Shown here piece after piece: positions 55,433 to 64,000 of a stretch of DNA of 64,000 bases (position 1 is the first letter of the stretch; the number at the start of each line of letters is the position of its first letter). The notes below the pieces were generated by a model, which searched no databases, was not told where the DNA came from, and was given only the letters and a program-made list of their open reading frames with translations. The translations under genes were made by a program, and so were the position numbers. The stretch is from a virus, in IMG/VR virus record IMGVR_UViG_3300028558_000001, positions 64,001 to 128,000 of that record, one strand, 5' to 3'.

Positions 55433-56536
55433 TCAATGCAACATTTGCTTTCCTGTAGACCAATCTGGATCGGAGTCAGTATCAATTTCGTAGTCGGTTG
55501 GTTCAGACTCATAAGTATCATTATGAGAATTAACTAACTTGAACTTGTCAGATACGAACTTCGTAAACTTTGGATTGGCTAGAATATCATCCCAAAACTC
55601 GGCTGTATTTGTCGCACTTTCGCGAAGACTTGGTTCTGAGACAACCCCATCTTCATCTACCTTGGCGTACCAACCAACTTTAGGTTTAACAACAATTCCG
55701 CAGTCAAGAGCTAGATCAAGTAGACCAGAATACTTCTGAATTCCCTTGTCATAAAGAACTTGGAATGGTAACTTGGAACGTTCCTTGACGAAACGGGACT
55801 TCTCTACATTGAGAGTAAAGTTCCAACCGACAATATCAGTTCCTACTTTTTCTTGTGCCTTAGAGATAATGAAAGCCTGATTGGCAGAATACATTAGTCC
55901 AGTACCACCAGAAATAATGGTTTTGCCATACATCTTCATTTCTTCATAAGTGTGACAGATAGCAATACAAGGAACGTCCTTGGCTACGAGAGAGGGTGTT
56001 ACCATACGGAACAGTCCCTTCATAACCTTTGCTCTTTGCATTTCTGCCTTGCTCTCACCATCTAGAGCATCTTCTAGTTCCTTAAGAGAAGCAGTATTGC
56101 CTACTGAGTCAATTAGGAAGATTACCTTATCTCCACGATTGATTTCCTTTAACTGCTTAACAATATCGTACTTAAGCATTTCAAGATGTTCAATCGGAAC
56201 GTGCATAACACGTTTCGGATCAATGCCCTGAGATTCTAGATATTTTGGAGTAATTCCACCTTCTGAGTCATAGAAGATACAGACAGCATCTTCATACTTG
56301 CTTAAATAAGCTCTGACACATACTAGTGAGATATTTGTTTTGAATGTCTTACTTGGACCGGCAATGAGGGTTAGACCAGAAGATAGTCCACCATCAACTT
56401 CACCTGAGAACGCAATATTAACGATTGGAATATCGGTAGCAATTACGTCTTTATCATTAAAAAATTCGGATTCATCTAAGACAGAAGCAAATTTTGTTGG
56501 AGAGTTTTTTAATAGCCTCTGCATAAGTTTATTCAT
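55433..56536 (-). CDS. uvsX: UvsX RecA-like recombinase
   Basis: N.AFSG...GGL, AGPSKTFKT, FYDSE.G, DS.GN.AS.KE, GGTG..YSA, KSRFVKE. Confidence 0.95.
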   Translation of the reverse strand: MNKLMQRLLKNSPTKFASVLDESEFFNDKDVIATDIPIVNIAFSGEVDGGLSSGLTLIAGPSKTFKTNISLVCVRAYLSKYEDAVCIFYDSEGGITPKYLESQGIDPKRVMHVPIEHLEMLKYDIVKQLKEINRGDKVIFLIDSVGNTASLKELEDALDGESKAEMQRAKVMKGLFRMVTPSLVAKDVPCIAICHTYEEMKMYGKTIISGGTGLMYSANQAFIISKAQEKVGTDIVGWNFTLNVEKSRFVKERSKLPFQVLYDKGIQKYSGLLDLALDCGIVVKPKVGWYAKVDEDGVVSEPSLRESATNTAEFWDDILANPKFTKFVSDKFKLVNSHNDTYESEPTDYEIDTDSDPDWSTGKQMLH

Positions 56537-56600
56537 TTAGTTTCCTTTTGTTATGAGTTTATTGTAGTTAATGTCCGTTCTCACGCGGACATACTATTTA

Positions 56601-57035
56601 TCAAACATCATAACCAAAACTCATCTTTGTCCTTTCTTTTAATGGCATACCTAACCATGTAAATTCATCAGAATCGTTACCCTCTAGAATATCTAGAAAT
56701 CTAGCTGGCAACTTGACATTATCTAAGTCCATAGTTTCTTTGAATAGTGGAGCAATTTCTTCTGGAGTATAACCAGCAAGACCGCATCCAATTTCTGTAA
56801 CCATAAAAGTAAAGACTCCATGAATTTTGGCGTCTTTGATAAATTCGTTTACATAGACTTTGATCTTATCTAGGTCTAGTGTTTTTAGTTTTCTATCTTT
56901 AGTTGGAATTGCATAGGAATAGCCTTGAATTCCTACGCCCTGACCAATGATAGCGCCATGATTTTTATAGGCGAACAGAGCGGCACCCGCGCCATGTCTA
57001 CCAGCTTCGTTAGAACCGAATACGAAAATGTTCAT
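56601..57035 (-). CDS. Macrodomain-like phage protein (A1S_2505-like family)
   Basis: IFVFGSN.AGRHGAGAA, YAIPT, F.VT.IGCGLAG, IAPLF. Confidence 0.75.
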   Translation of the reverse strand: MNIFVFGSNEAGRHGAGAALFAYKNHGAIIGQGVGIQGYSYAIPTKDRKLKTLDLDKIKVYVNEFIKDAKIHGVFTFMVTEIGCGLAGYTPEEIAPLFKETMDLDNVKLPARFLDILEGNDSDEFTWLGMPLKERTKMSFGYDV

Positions 57036-57037
57036 GA

Positions 57038-57367
57038 TTAATCCGTTGTGGTTGGAGTTGCCAAAGGTACTGCTTGATAGTGATCAAATAAACTACTCAT
57101 ATCATATTCAATATATTGTACTCCATGAGTTTCTTGGGGGATTTCAACAGTATATTCAGAACTTAAATTCCTAGCTCCTTCCTGTACTGTAGTACGAACA
57201 TATTCAATTGGTGGGGAATATTCATACTGGAGAGTAGCGCCACCACAGGGATTCTGCCCTGTTGGAAAAGGTTCACTAGTTTCCGTTACTTCGTCTACCC
57301 AAGCTATATTATATTTCTTTATTGGTGGCTCTATTACAGAATATTCAACTAATGGGTGTTTAAACAT
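57038..57367 (-). CDS. Small protein containing a major-capsid (gp23)-like segment
   Basis: RTTVQEGARNLSSEYTVEIPQE resembles gp23 K.TV.AKSR.LKAEY(S/T).ELAQD. Confidence 0.5.
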   Translation of the reverse strand: MFKHPLVEYSVIEPPIKKYNIAWVDEVTETSEPFPTGQNPCGGATLQYEYSPPIEYVRTTVQEGARNLSSEYTVEIPQETHGVQYIEYDMSSLFDHYQAVPLATPTTTD

Positions 57368-57382
57368 AATATTCTCCTTTTG

Positions 57383-59893
57383 TTACCAACCTAGATCAAA
57401 TATGTCGTCTAAAGTAGCTGACTTATTTGGTTCCCATCCTACTGCTTTAAGAATAGTTGTGATTGGTGTTAGATAGTTCTTCTCAAACTGACGTTGATAA
57501 TCAATATATTGATCTAACCCTAATTCTTCTGGAAGCTCATCCACTACAGAAATAACTTCACTAAATGTAGGATTAGGCATTTTAAGATAAGTAATTCTGA
57601 TCTTATCTTCACTCTTAACCAAAGGTAGTTTTTTATCAAGTTTTTTCTTGACTAGAAAATCATTATAGACTAATGCCCCTTTGACATGATAAGGAGAACC
57701 TTTAAGATAGATGTTAGAAGAAGACTGATAACCTTTTAGATTATTAGCTGTGCCGGGAGTTGAAATATCTTTAAATGATTTGGTAAAGAAGTCTTTCTTT
57801 ACTTCCTCAATATATTTGACAACAGTATCCTCATCTGTTGTCATAATAAGTTTAATAGACTTCTTCAAATAATCTTTACAAATCATAGGTGTAGAAGACC
57901 TATTTGTTTCTAGTCCAACAGTTTTTAACTTAGGCTCGTCATAAGTAATTCCTTTGGAATTCATTACACTAAGAGCGTAGTGCTTCTTACCTGTCCAGAT
58001 TGCACGATCAGCAATATTCTCTCGCGCCATCCGAATCTTGTTTTTATAAGAATTCATGTAGACATGAAGTTCTTCAAAGGCGTCCTTAATGACCTTATCA
58101 AGATGGTTATTATAGAACTTCTCAAGGGCTTTGACAATCTCTTTTTTGTCAGTAATGCCAAGTTTTTTGACTAGAGCCTCAAGTGTAAAGTAGCAAGAAT
58201 CGGTATCTCCACCGACTAGATAATCTACGTCTACCGTCTTGAGAACTTTGTTTAGATACTTGTTGATCCTGTCTGCTACCCACCGTACTGCTAACTGACC
58301 AGAGAGCGTTACAGCTTCCGCCAGATCGACAGAATACCAACGACAATACTTGTTTGACAACATTCCATAGAAAGCGTTAATAGCGATCTTTAGTGCCATC
58401 TGCATAGCATCTAGGGAAGCCATCTTGTTCTTTGTCTCTAAGTCAATCTCTTTCCCGTTTGTTTCTTTCTCTAGTTTCTCTAACTGATCCTGATAGAAAG
58501 CTCTCTTATCGAAGAATGATTCCATGATTTCTGCCATAAATCCTTTGTTACCTTTAGAGAAGCAACAAAGATTTCCAGCAACAGACATATCATTAGCATC
58601 AATCTGACCGCGATGAACTTCTAGCGCACCATCAAGTAACTGATCAATAGTTAGTCTACCAATTTTTCCTAAGAATGATTCAGGAGAAATATTATAACTC
58701 ATAATCTGATGTGGATAACTTGATTTAATATCAACTGACAAAAGCCAGTGATACATTCCCGGTTCAGTTTCCTTAACGAAACCTCCTTCAAATGGGCGCA
58801 TGATTTCGGGCATGTCAAACTTGGGAATGACTTGATTCTTATCACCAAGAATATGATGAATACCAACATCCCAAGGCTTCACGGTTCCAAAAGCGTCTTT
58901 ATAATTACATTTATAAAGATAAGCTAGAGAGAATGCAACATTAAGAAATCCTAGCTTGGCGTCAAGCATATCGACTAGAACAACGTCATGAATATTATAA
59001 TCAATAAACAATTCAAAATTCTTTTCATATAGATCATTTAGATTTTTATAACCCAATGTTCTATAATCAATCTTGTTCTCGTTTAATTCAACTGATACGA
59101 TATAATCTAGAGAATATGATTCTTGGTTCTTAAATGAGAACTTCTTATATAGAGCCATATAATCTAGGACAGCTACACCAGCAATATCCCATACCTGATT
59201 TTCATCACCGAACTTGCCAGCTACCTCGTGTGACTCAAGAAGACCCCAAGGAGACATGCGCTTGGCAGCTTCTTCTGATAATACAAGACTGATACGATTG
59301 ATTAGAAATGGAATATCGTATGTTTCAATATTCCATCCGGTAACTACATCTGGATCAAGCATTTGCCAGATTTCAAGGAATTTATATAGTAATTCCTTTT
59401 CATCTTTACAAAGGTAGTAGAAGATATTATCTTCCTTTACTTTGTAATACTTTGTTCCAATGATATATGTCTTGCCATCTTTTCTTAATGTGATAGCCGT
59501 GATAGGTACTGGAGTGTTACGAACATCAATTGGACCATCAATCCAATTTTCAATATCCAATGAAACAACAGAAATAAGGGAACGGTCAAAATGAACCTCT
59601 CCCTTAAATTCATCATTAATATAAAGATATTCGAAATTTGTTAAACCAAAGTAATCAAAACCAGAAGTATCTTTATTTTCCCATAGATACTTTTTGGCAG
59701 AAGAAATAGAATCAAACTCTTTCTTATAGACGTGCTTTCCTTCTACGGTAGTATAACCAGTAGGCTTATTTGATGGAAGAAAGATATATGGTTCATAATT
59801 GAACTTCTCTTGAATTCTTTTACCATTCTGAATACCACGATATAAAATCTTACCCTTATGTACTCGACAGTTTGTATAAAATGTATTATTCAT
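57383..59893 (-). CDS. gp43: Family B DNA polymerase gp43
   Basis: DIE, TGWN...YDIP, YN..DV, D.KSSYP, K..IN..YG, DTDS, KKHY. Confidence 0.97.
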   Translation of the reverse strand: MNNTFYTNCRVHKGKILYRGIQNGKRIQEKFNYEPYIFLPSNKPTGYTTVEGKHVYKKEFDSISSAKKYLWENKDTSGFDYFGLTNFEYLYINDEFKGEVHFDRSLISVVSLDIENWIDGPIDVRNTPVPITAITLRKDGKTYIIGTKYYKVKEDNIFYYLCKDEKELLYKFLEIWQMLDPDVVTGWNIETYDIPFLINRISLVLSEEAAKRMSPWGLLESHEVAGKFGDENQVWDIAGVAVLDYMALYKKFSFKNQESYSLDYIVSVELNENKIDYRTLGYKNLNDLYEKNFELFIDYNIHDVVLVDMLDAKLGFLNVAFSLAYLYKCNYKDAFGTVKPWDVGIHHILGDKNQVIPKFDMPEIMRPFEGGFVKETEPGMYHWLLSVDIKSSYPHQIMSYNISPESFLGKIGRLTIDQLLDGALEVHRGQIDANDMSVAGNLCCFSKGNKGFMAEIMESFFDKRAFYQDQLEKLEKETNGKEIDLETKNKMASLDAMQMALKIAINAFYGMLSNKYCRWYSVDLAEAVTLSGQLAVRWVADRINKYLNKVLKTVDVDYLVGGDTDSCYFTLEALVKKLGITDKKEIVKALEKFYNNHLDKVIKDAFEELHVYMNSYKNKIRMARENIADRAIWTGKKHYALSVMNSKGITYDEPKLKTVGLETNRSSTPMICKDYLKKSIKLIMTTDEDTVVKYIEEVKKDFFTKSFKDISTPGTANNLKGYQSSSNIYLKGSPYHVKGALVYNDFLVKKKLDKKLPLVKSEDKIRITYLKMPNPTFSEVISVVDELPEELGLDQYIDYQRQFEKNYLTPITTILKAVGWEPNKSATLDDIFDLGW

Positions 59894-59900
59894 GATTTCC

Positions 59901-60140
59901 TTAGTGTAGTGTTACGGTTTTGTCAATATATTCTTGTGGCATAACGTATAGTGAACTTTCTACACTATCATAAAGATAGACTGGAGTCAACCCTGCATTT
60001 TCATAAATCAGTCCCTTGGCAAACGCTCGCCCGTAACCAGTGTCAAGACCAGCTTTATACATAGCCGTGATGATCGAATACGTTGGAATTACCTGTACAT
60101 CATCAAGGTTAAATTCTTTTGCCATTTTAGTTCCTTTCAA
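59901..60140 (-). CDS. Hypothetical protein
   Basis: Y..AGLTPVYL motif; upstream of gp43. Confidence 0.5.
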   Translation of the reverse strand: MKGTKMAKEFNLDDVQVIPTYSIITAMYKAGLDTGYGRAFAKGLIYENAGLTPVYLYDSVESSLYVMPQEYIDKTVTLH

Positions 60141-60170
60141 TAAATAGTATTATATAACCAAGGAGTATTT

Positions 60171-60539
60171 ATGTTAGCGTTTTTATTAAGTCCACTAGGA
60201 AAAATTGCTATGTATGTTGTGGCAGGACTTACAGCAATTACCATTGTTTGGGGAGCCGTGGCCTACCACGATAGCCAAGTCAAACAAATGGCTACATACG
60301 AATATAACCAGAAGCAGCTTGAACAGACTGTTAAAGATCAGGCCGACCAGATCAGTAAGCTTCGACAAACAGATGTTGACCAGCAAGCAATTGTTGATGC
60401 TGTTTCCCAAAAGAACAATGATCTAAATCAAAAAACTGATGCTATTAATAATTACATTTCAAATCAACCAGCAGATAAGAATGCTGTTTCTCCAATTATT
60501 ATTGATACTCTAAACAAGTTAAAGGTATTACAACAATGA
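60171..60539 (+). CDS. Inner-membrane spanin (Rz-like)
   Basis: Single N-terminal TM helix followed by coiled coil; overlaps the lipoprotein gene. Confidence 0.75.
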   Translation: MLAFLLSPLGKIAMYVVAGLTAITIVWGAVAYHDSQVKQMATYEYNQKQLEQTVKDQADQISKLRQTDVDQQAIVDAVSQKNNDLNQKTDAINNYISNQPADKNAVSPIIIDTLNKLKVLQQ

Positions 60540-60811
60540 AGAAACTTTTTATTCTACCAATCCTTTTAATGCTAGGTGCATGTGATCCTACTGGTGGTCA
60601 AGTAATAAGAGCTAATAGCTATATTGTTATCTCACCGCCAGCAGAATTATATAACTGTCCTGTTGTGCGCGTTCCTGATACCAAAGGATTGACAAATCAA
60701 GATGTTGCTAGATTTATTCTACAACAATATAAGGCAAATGTCACATGCTATAATAGCTTAATGGCTATCAAGAAATACGCAGATCAGGTTAAGAAAATCT
60801 ATACAAATTAA
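60536..60811 (+). CDS. Outer-membrane lipoprotein spanin (Rz1-like)
   Basis: Lipobox LLMLGAC, Pro-rich PPAELYNCP, second Cys. Confidence 0.78.
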   Translation: MKKLFILPILLMLGACDPTGGQVIRANSYIVISPPAELYNCPVVRVPDTKGLTNQDVARFILQQYKANVTCYNSLMAIKKYADQVKKIYTN

Positions 60812-61118
60812 CCAGCCTCACTCAATGGTTCATATCGAATAATATAAAAAGAAGTCCCTACATAATAGCCGACTTCCCACATATTCAATTCAATATTATA
60901 ACGTTTTGTTAATTTCTGTTCCATTAGTCTACCCCTATTAATGGTTTTCCAACTAAAGTAAAATTCTTGTAGAGAGACGAAAGCCTCTCTACAAATCGTT
61001 TGGCGTCTATAAACGAATCAAATCTAATTCTCTTTTCGATTAGAAAGTTTCTATTGACAGCCGACTTAATGTTATATGAAACTGTTACTGACATTATCGG
61101 CTCCTTTTCTTTTTAAAA

Positions 61119-61424
61119 CTAATCCACCAAATCATGAAGTTTAGCAGAAGTTAAAATAGATGTTAGGCATCTTGGTAGAATGGCTGGCTTGAAACGAGAA
61201 ATATCGAATCCTTGTGGGTCTCTTTTTCTATTAATTTCATCTACCACAACTATAAAACCAGAAATAGACCTTTCCCATATCTCAATTGACCTAACAGTAT
61301 AAAGACTTCCTTTTTTCAATCCATCTAAATCATCATCATATTTAATATGCTTTAATTGACATGATGTAGGATTATCATCAATACAAATGATAAAAGCTCC
61401 GGGTTGAGTCATTGCTGAAATCAT
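61119..61424 (-). CDS. Hypothetical protein
   Basis: ICIDD...GLKKG..YTV...F...RF pattern. Confidence 0.5.
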   Translation of the reverse strand: MISAMTQPGAFIICIDDNPTSCQLKHIKYDDDLDGLKKGSLYTVRSIEIWERSISGFIVVVDEINRKRDPQGFDISRFKPAILPRCLTSILTSAKLHDLVD

Positions 61425-61426
61425 TA

Positions 61427-61651
61427 TTAAAGCCCTTTCTCTCCTAGCTCAGTTTTACAATACAAGTCTAGAGCAGTTAACACGTCTATATAGGATGAAT
61501 ATGGACCAATCTTATTTCCCCACGTTTCATCCCAAAAGTAGAAATCTTCTCCATCCTGCAAAACAACTTTATCTAAAAAGTCTTGCTCGTAATGTCGCAT
61601 CCAAAGCTTATTGGTAATATTTGACACCATACATACTCCTGAGCACGTCAA
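61427..61651 (-). CDS. Hypothetical protein
   Basis: YFWDETW...GPY...A...YC motif. Confidence 0.5.
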   Translation of the reverse strand: MTCSGVCMVSNITNKLWMRHYEQDFLDKVVLQDGEDFYFWDETWGNKIGPYSSYIDVLTALDLYCKTELGEKGL

Positions 61652-61853
61652 TTGTAATATCCTGCTTGTAGTACGAATCTACGAACATTTTGATTTCATC
61701 ATCTAGGAAATCATAATGGTCATAGTTGGTCAGACCTTCCGTAAAATCTTCAAAGTCCTCTTCGCTCAGCATTTCCCTCATTATGTCTTTGTAAGTGTCC
61801 TGATAGCTTCTTCTGCCATTACGGAAATGGTCTAGATAAATTAATACGCACAT
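61608..61853 (-). CDS. Hypothetical acidic protein
   Basis: AAGGAG SD upstream. Confidence 0.4.
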   Translation of the reverse strand: MCVLIYLDHFRNGRRSYQDTYKDIMREMLSEEDFEDFTEGLTNYDHYDFLDDEIKMFVDSYYKQDITIDVLRSMYGVKYYQ

Positions 61854-62025
61854 TCTAATTCCAACTCCTTATTTCACCAAAATAACTGCGAATCAATCGC
61901 TTAGTTATTTGATATGCCACATTATGGACTAATTCAAGCAACCTGCGCCATCGAAATTACACAATTATCCACAGTGTCTTTTATGTCACTGTAAAATGGT
62001 TTAATACCAATTTGTGGAGGATTGC

Positions 62026-62199
62026 TTAAATTACGAGCATGTCAACGACTTGACCAGATGCATTAACAGCCCGTATCCTGCAACCGGGATGGGACCGGGA
62101 AGCCGATTGCATTGCCTGTAGGATTCGCTGAGAATTATTCAGGGTAGACGACGATGTTCGCCAAACTCCTGACTTATCTTGATATTGAATTTGAATCAT
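62026..62199 (-). CDS. Hypothetical protein
   Basis: True start MIQIQYQDKSGVWRT with AGGAG SD. Confidence 0.55.
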   Translation of the reverse strand: MIQIQYQDKSGVWRTSSSTLNNSQRILQAMQSASRSHPGCRIRAVNASGQVVDMLVI

Positions 62200-62200
62200 A

Positions 62201-62473
62201 TTAGTCTCCTTTCTCAAATACCCAATATTCAGAACATAGGTCACAAAGATCAAAGAAGGGAAGACGACGAATCTCTTTACAGTCTGGTAGATCAAACCAA
62301 AGGGAATGAAGGCGCTGGTATAGAGAACGATGGTCTTGATAAACTAACTCTTCGTTAGCAGCATTATCATCAAAATTAATATCAAAGCTTTTTGCATAGC
62401 CCTTTAGATGCGGCAAAATCGCCCTAGCGGCGATCCACCAATCTTCTTTGTTCTTTATGTCCATTTTCCTCAC
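62201..62473 (-). CDS. Hypothetical protein
   Basis: Operon context. Confidence 0.5.
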   Translation of the reverse strand: MRKMDIKNKEDWWIAARAILPHLKGYAKSFDINFDDNAANEELVYQDHRSLYQRLHSLWFDLPDCKEIRRLPFFDLCDLCSEYWVFEKGD

Positions 62474-62961
62474 CCTTTGCGGTTAAATCGAATTACTTCG
62501 ATTTCATTAATTCCCTCTGATTCTTGGGGATATTCATAACTATACCGCATCCGCTTCTGAACGTCAAGTGGAATATTTTTTCCGGGGCGGGAATTTAAGT
62601 TGATTTCTAAATCTTCGCCAGAGATTTCAAAAACAACTGCCTTAATATAGTGAGTATTCCGTAACTTGTCAATTGTCTTTTTTCTAGACTTTGGGGAAAG
62701 ATTCGTCCGATCTACAACAACGTTAACGCGCAAATCTACGGCGTAGTCGATACAGCTATTGAAATGACCTTCTGCGTCCTTAATGAAATCTTTAAACACG
62801 TCAGAATACGTTAGGCCATTCCGAAGGGCGATATAGTCAATATAATCATCAGAGGAAGCCTGAACATAAAAATCAGGGAGGGAAGCCCTATATGTTGACT
62901 TTCCAGAACCCGGCATTCCAATCAATAATAAAGCTACTGGTTTAACAGTTAAATCTGCCAC
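62470..62961 (-). CDS. AAA_33 / polynucleotide-kinase-like P-loop kinase
   Basis: LIGMPGSGKST, SSDD, VVDRTNL...R, R..K.IP, P...EG. Confidence 0.85.
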   Translation of the reverse strand: MADLTVKPVALLLIGMPGSGKSTYRASLPDFYVQASSDDYIDYIALRNGLTYSDVFKDFIKDAEGHFNSCIDYAVDLRVNVVVDRTNLSPKSRKKTIDKLRNTHYIKAVVFEISGEDLEINLNSRPGKNIPLDVQKRMRYSYEYPQESEGINEIEVIRFNRKG

Positions 62962-63173
62962 TTAAAAATCCTTTCAAAGATATTTGCTTTCTCAAATAGT
63001 TTTCTTTCTGATCCACATTTACTGAATTGAAAAATAGGATTAGTCTCAACATCACAATATCCTACAATGACATGTGATTGAGAAGTAACAATAGTATTAC
63101 CACATTTATCAAATCTACCAGAGAATGGAGAAATCACTGATTTAAAACAAAACTTACATTCACGACACGTCAT
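62949..63173 (-). CDS. Small Cys-rich protein
   Basis: CRECKFC...KC...YC...CG. Confidence 0.5.
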   Translation of the reverse strand: MTCRECKFCFKSVISPFSGRFDKCGNTIVTSQSHVIVGYCDVETNPIFQFSKCGSERKLFEKANIFERIFKWQI

Positions 63174-63715
63174 TAAACTTCTCCCAATACTTCATCAAGA
63201 ATATCATCATATGTGAAAAGGCTTTGATAATTAGCCAGATTATAAACTTTAATTCCCCTCAGAGAGGCAATAGAAATAGCCATACCAGTTCCCCCGGTAT
63301 CTCTAGTTCTTTGGGAATCATGCTCACAACCATCTTTCGTATAACATATAACAAATCGCGAGGGGGAAGTCAAGTCAAATCCCAATACTTGATAGACATT
63401 CCGAGCCATTAATTTCTTAGCGGCTCCTGATAATCTATCCCATACAGGATGATGTTTAGATGCAATCTCCATAGCGCCCATAGACACTACTTGAAACTGT
63501 GATTTGTTTCCATTAAAATTCTTCCAAGGTAGAAAAATTTCCTTATTGCTACTTCCTCTTTCAAAGGCGGTATCCGCACCATCTGCGCCACCAGAACGAA
63601 GGGTAAACCCATGATGGTTTAATTCCTTGGCAATTTTAGTCATTTGTCTTAGGATACGATCAGGAGTTTCCCTTGACCCAATACCAGTATAAGGAAGATA
63701 CATATTACTCTCCAA
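63173..63715 (-). CDS. DprA/SMF-like SLOG-superfamily protein
   Basis: YTGIGSRETP, LRSGGADGADTAFE, LPW, ARN..QVLG, GGTGMA. Confidence 0.85.
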   Translation of the reverse strand: MESNMYLPYTGIGSRETPDRILRQMTKIAKELNHHGFTLRSGGADGADTAFERGSSNKEIFLPWKNFNGNKSQFQVVSMGAMEIASKHHPVWDRLSGAAKKLMARNVYQVLGFDLTSPSRFVICYTKDGCEHDSQRTRDTGGTGMAISIASLRGIKVYNLANYQSLFTYDDILDEVLGEV

Positions 63716-63887
63716 TTAAATTAGTAATAATAACTTTCCAATCATAGCCACTTGCGATTCCTTCATTAGTTACATATCCATCATAACCAATGCGTTTGGC
63801 GATAGTTAGCGCCTTCATAGCTGTTTTAAAATTACCAAATATGTACATTACTTCTTTTCCTTGTATTTGATAATCATAATCAACCAA
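63705..63887 (-). CDS. Hypothetical protein
   Basis: Short ORF upstream of the SLOG gene. Confidence 0.35.
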   Translation of the reverse strand: MVDYDYQIQGKEVMYIFGNFKTAMKALTIAKRIGYDGYVTNEGIASGYDWKVIITNLIGE

Positions 63888-64000
63888 ATTAGGTTAGTCC
63901 CGAACATAACAATTGCGGCGGAAGCCGACCAGTATTGGTGTAGAGTTGGATAATAGAAGCAATTCCAAAGTCCCCATATTGTAAAGAAGATTGGACTAAT

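Noticed and set aside
23954-59893. Introns/inteins in td, RNR, gp41, uvsX or gp43
   Set aside because: All are uninterrupted, of normal length, and lack intein or intron signatures.
60967-60994. 10-bp inverted repeat TTGTAGAGAG/CTCTCTACAA
   Set aside because: Lies within a small minus-strand ORF near a convergence point; at most an ordinary terminator, with no further support.
61965-61973. Perfect DnaA box TTATCCACA in an intergenic region with small hairpins
   Set aside because: Single copy; a 9-mer is expected about once by chance in 64 kb on two strands; no box cluster.
1-64000. Stop-codon reassignment
   Set aside because: Core genes are full length under the standard code, TAA/TAG/TGA all terminate genes, and no suppressor tRNA is present.

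Overview
This window is a 64-kb segment of an AT-rich, T4-like (Tevenvirinae-related, phiM12/Cr30/cyanomyovirus-style) myovirus genome. The host is inferred to be Gram-negative (spanin pair) and possibly alphaproteobacterial. Positions 1-22.5 kb (minus strand) hold an M15 endolysin (partial), a tail fibre with an S74 chaperone plus a glycine-rich adhesin, a VrlC-like giant structural protein, and the baseplate module (gp8, gp7, gp6, gp25, split gp5, hub, gp53, gp48). Positions 22.5-45.8 kb hold gp4, a ribonucleotide reductase, gp2, primase, Td, Frd, RNase H, PhoH, many accessory genes, five tRNAs, gp33, gp59 and gp32. Positions 45.8-64 kb (mostly minus) hold a gp29-like protein, gp51, gp26, gp54, small virion proteins, a solo HicA, gp41, UvsX, gp43, spanins and early genes. 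The most unusual signal is a dispersed set of five small intact ORFs in replication/metabolism operons. Four carry recognisable pieces of the T4-type major capsid protein gp23 (three of them the same 'YSxELAQDLxAxHGxD' segment) and one carries the tail-sheath gp18 C-terminal domain. They may be a structural-protein mimic/decoy system. All homology calls come from motif recognition by eye; no database search was run.
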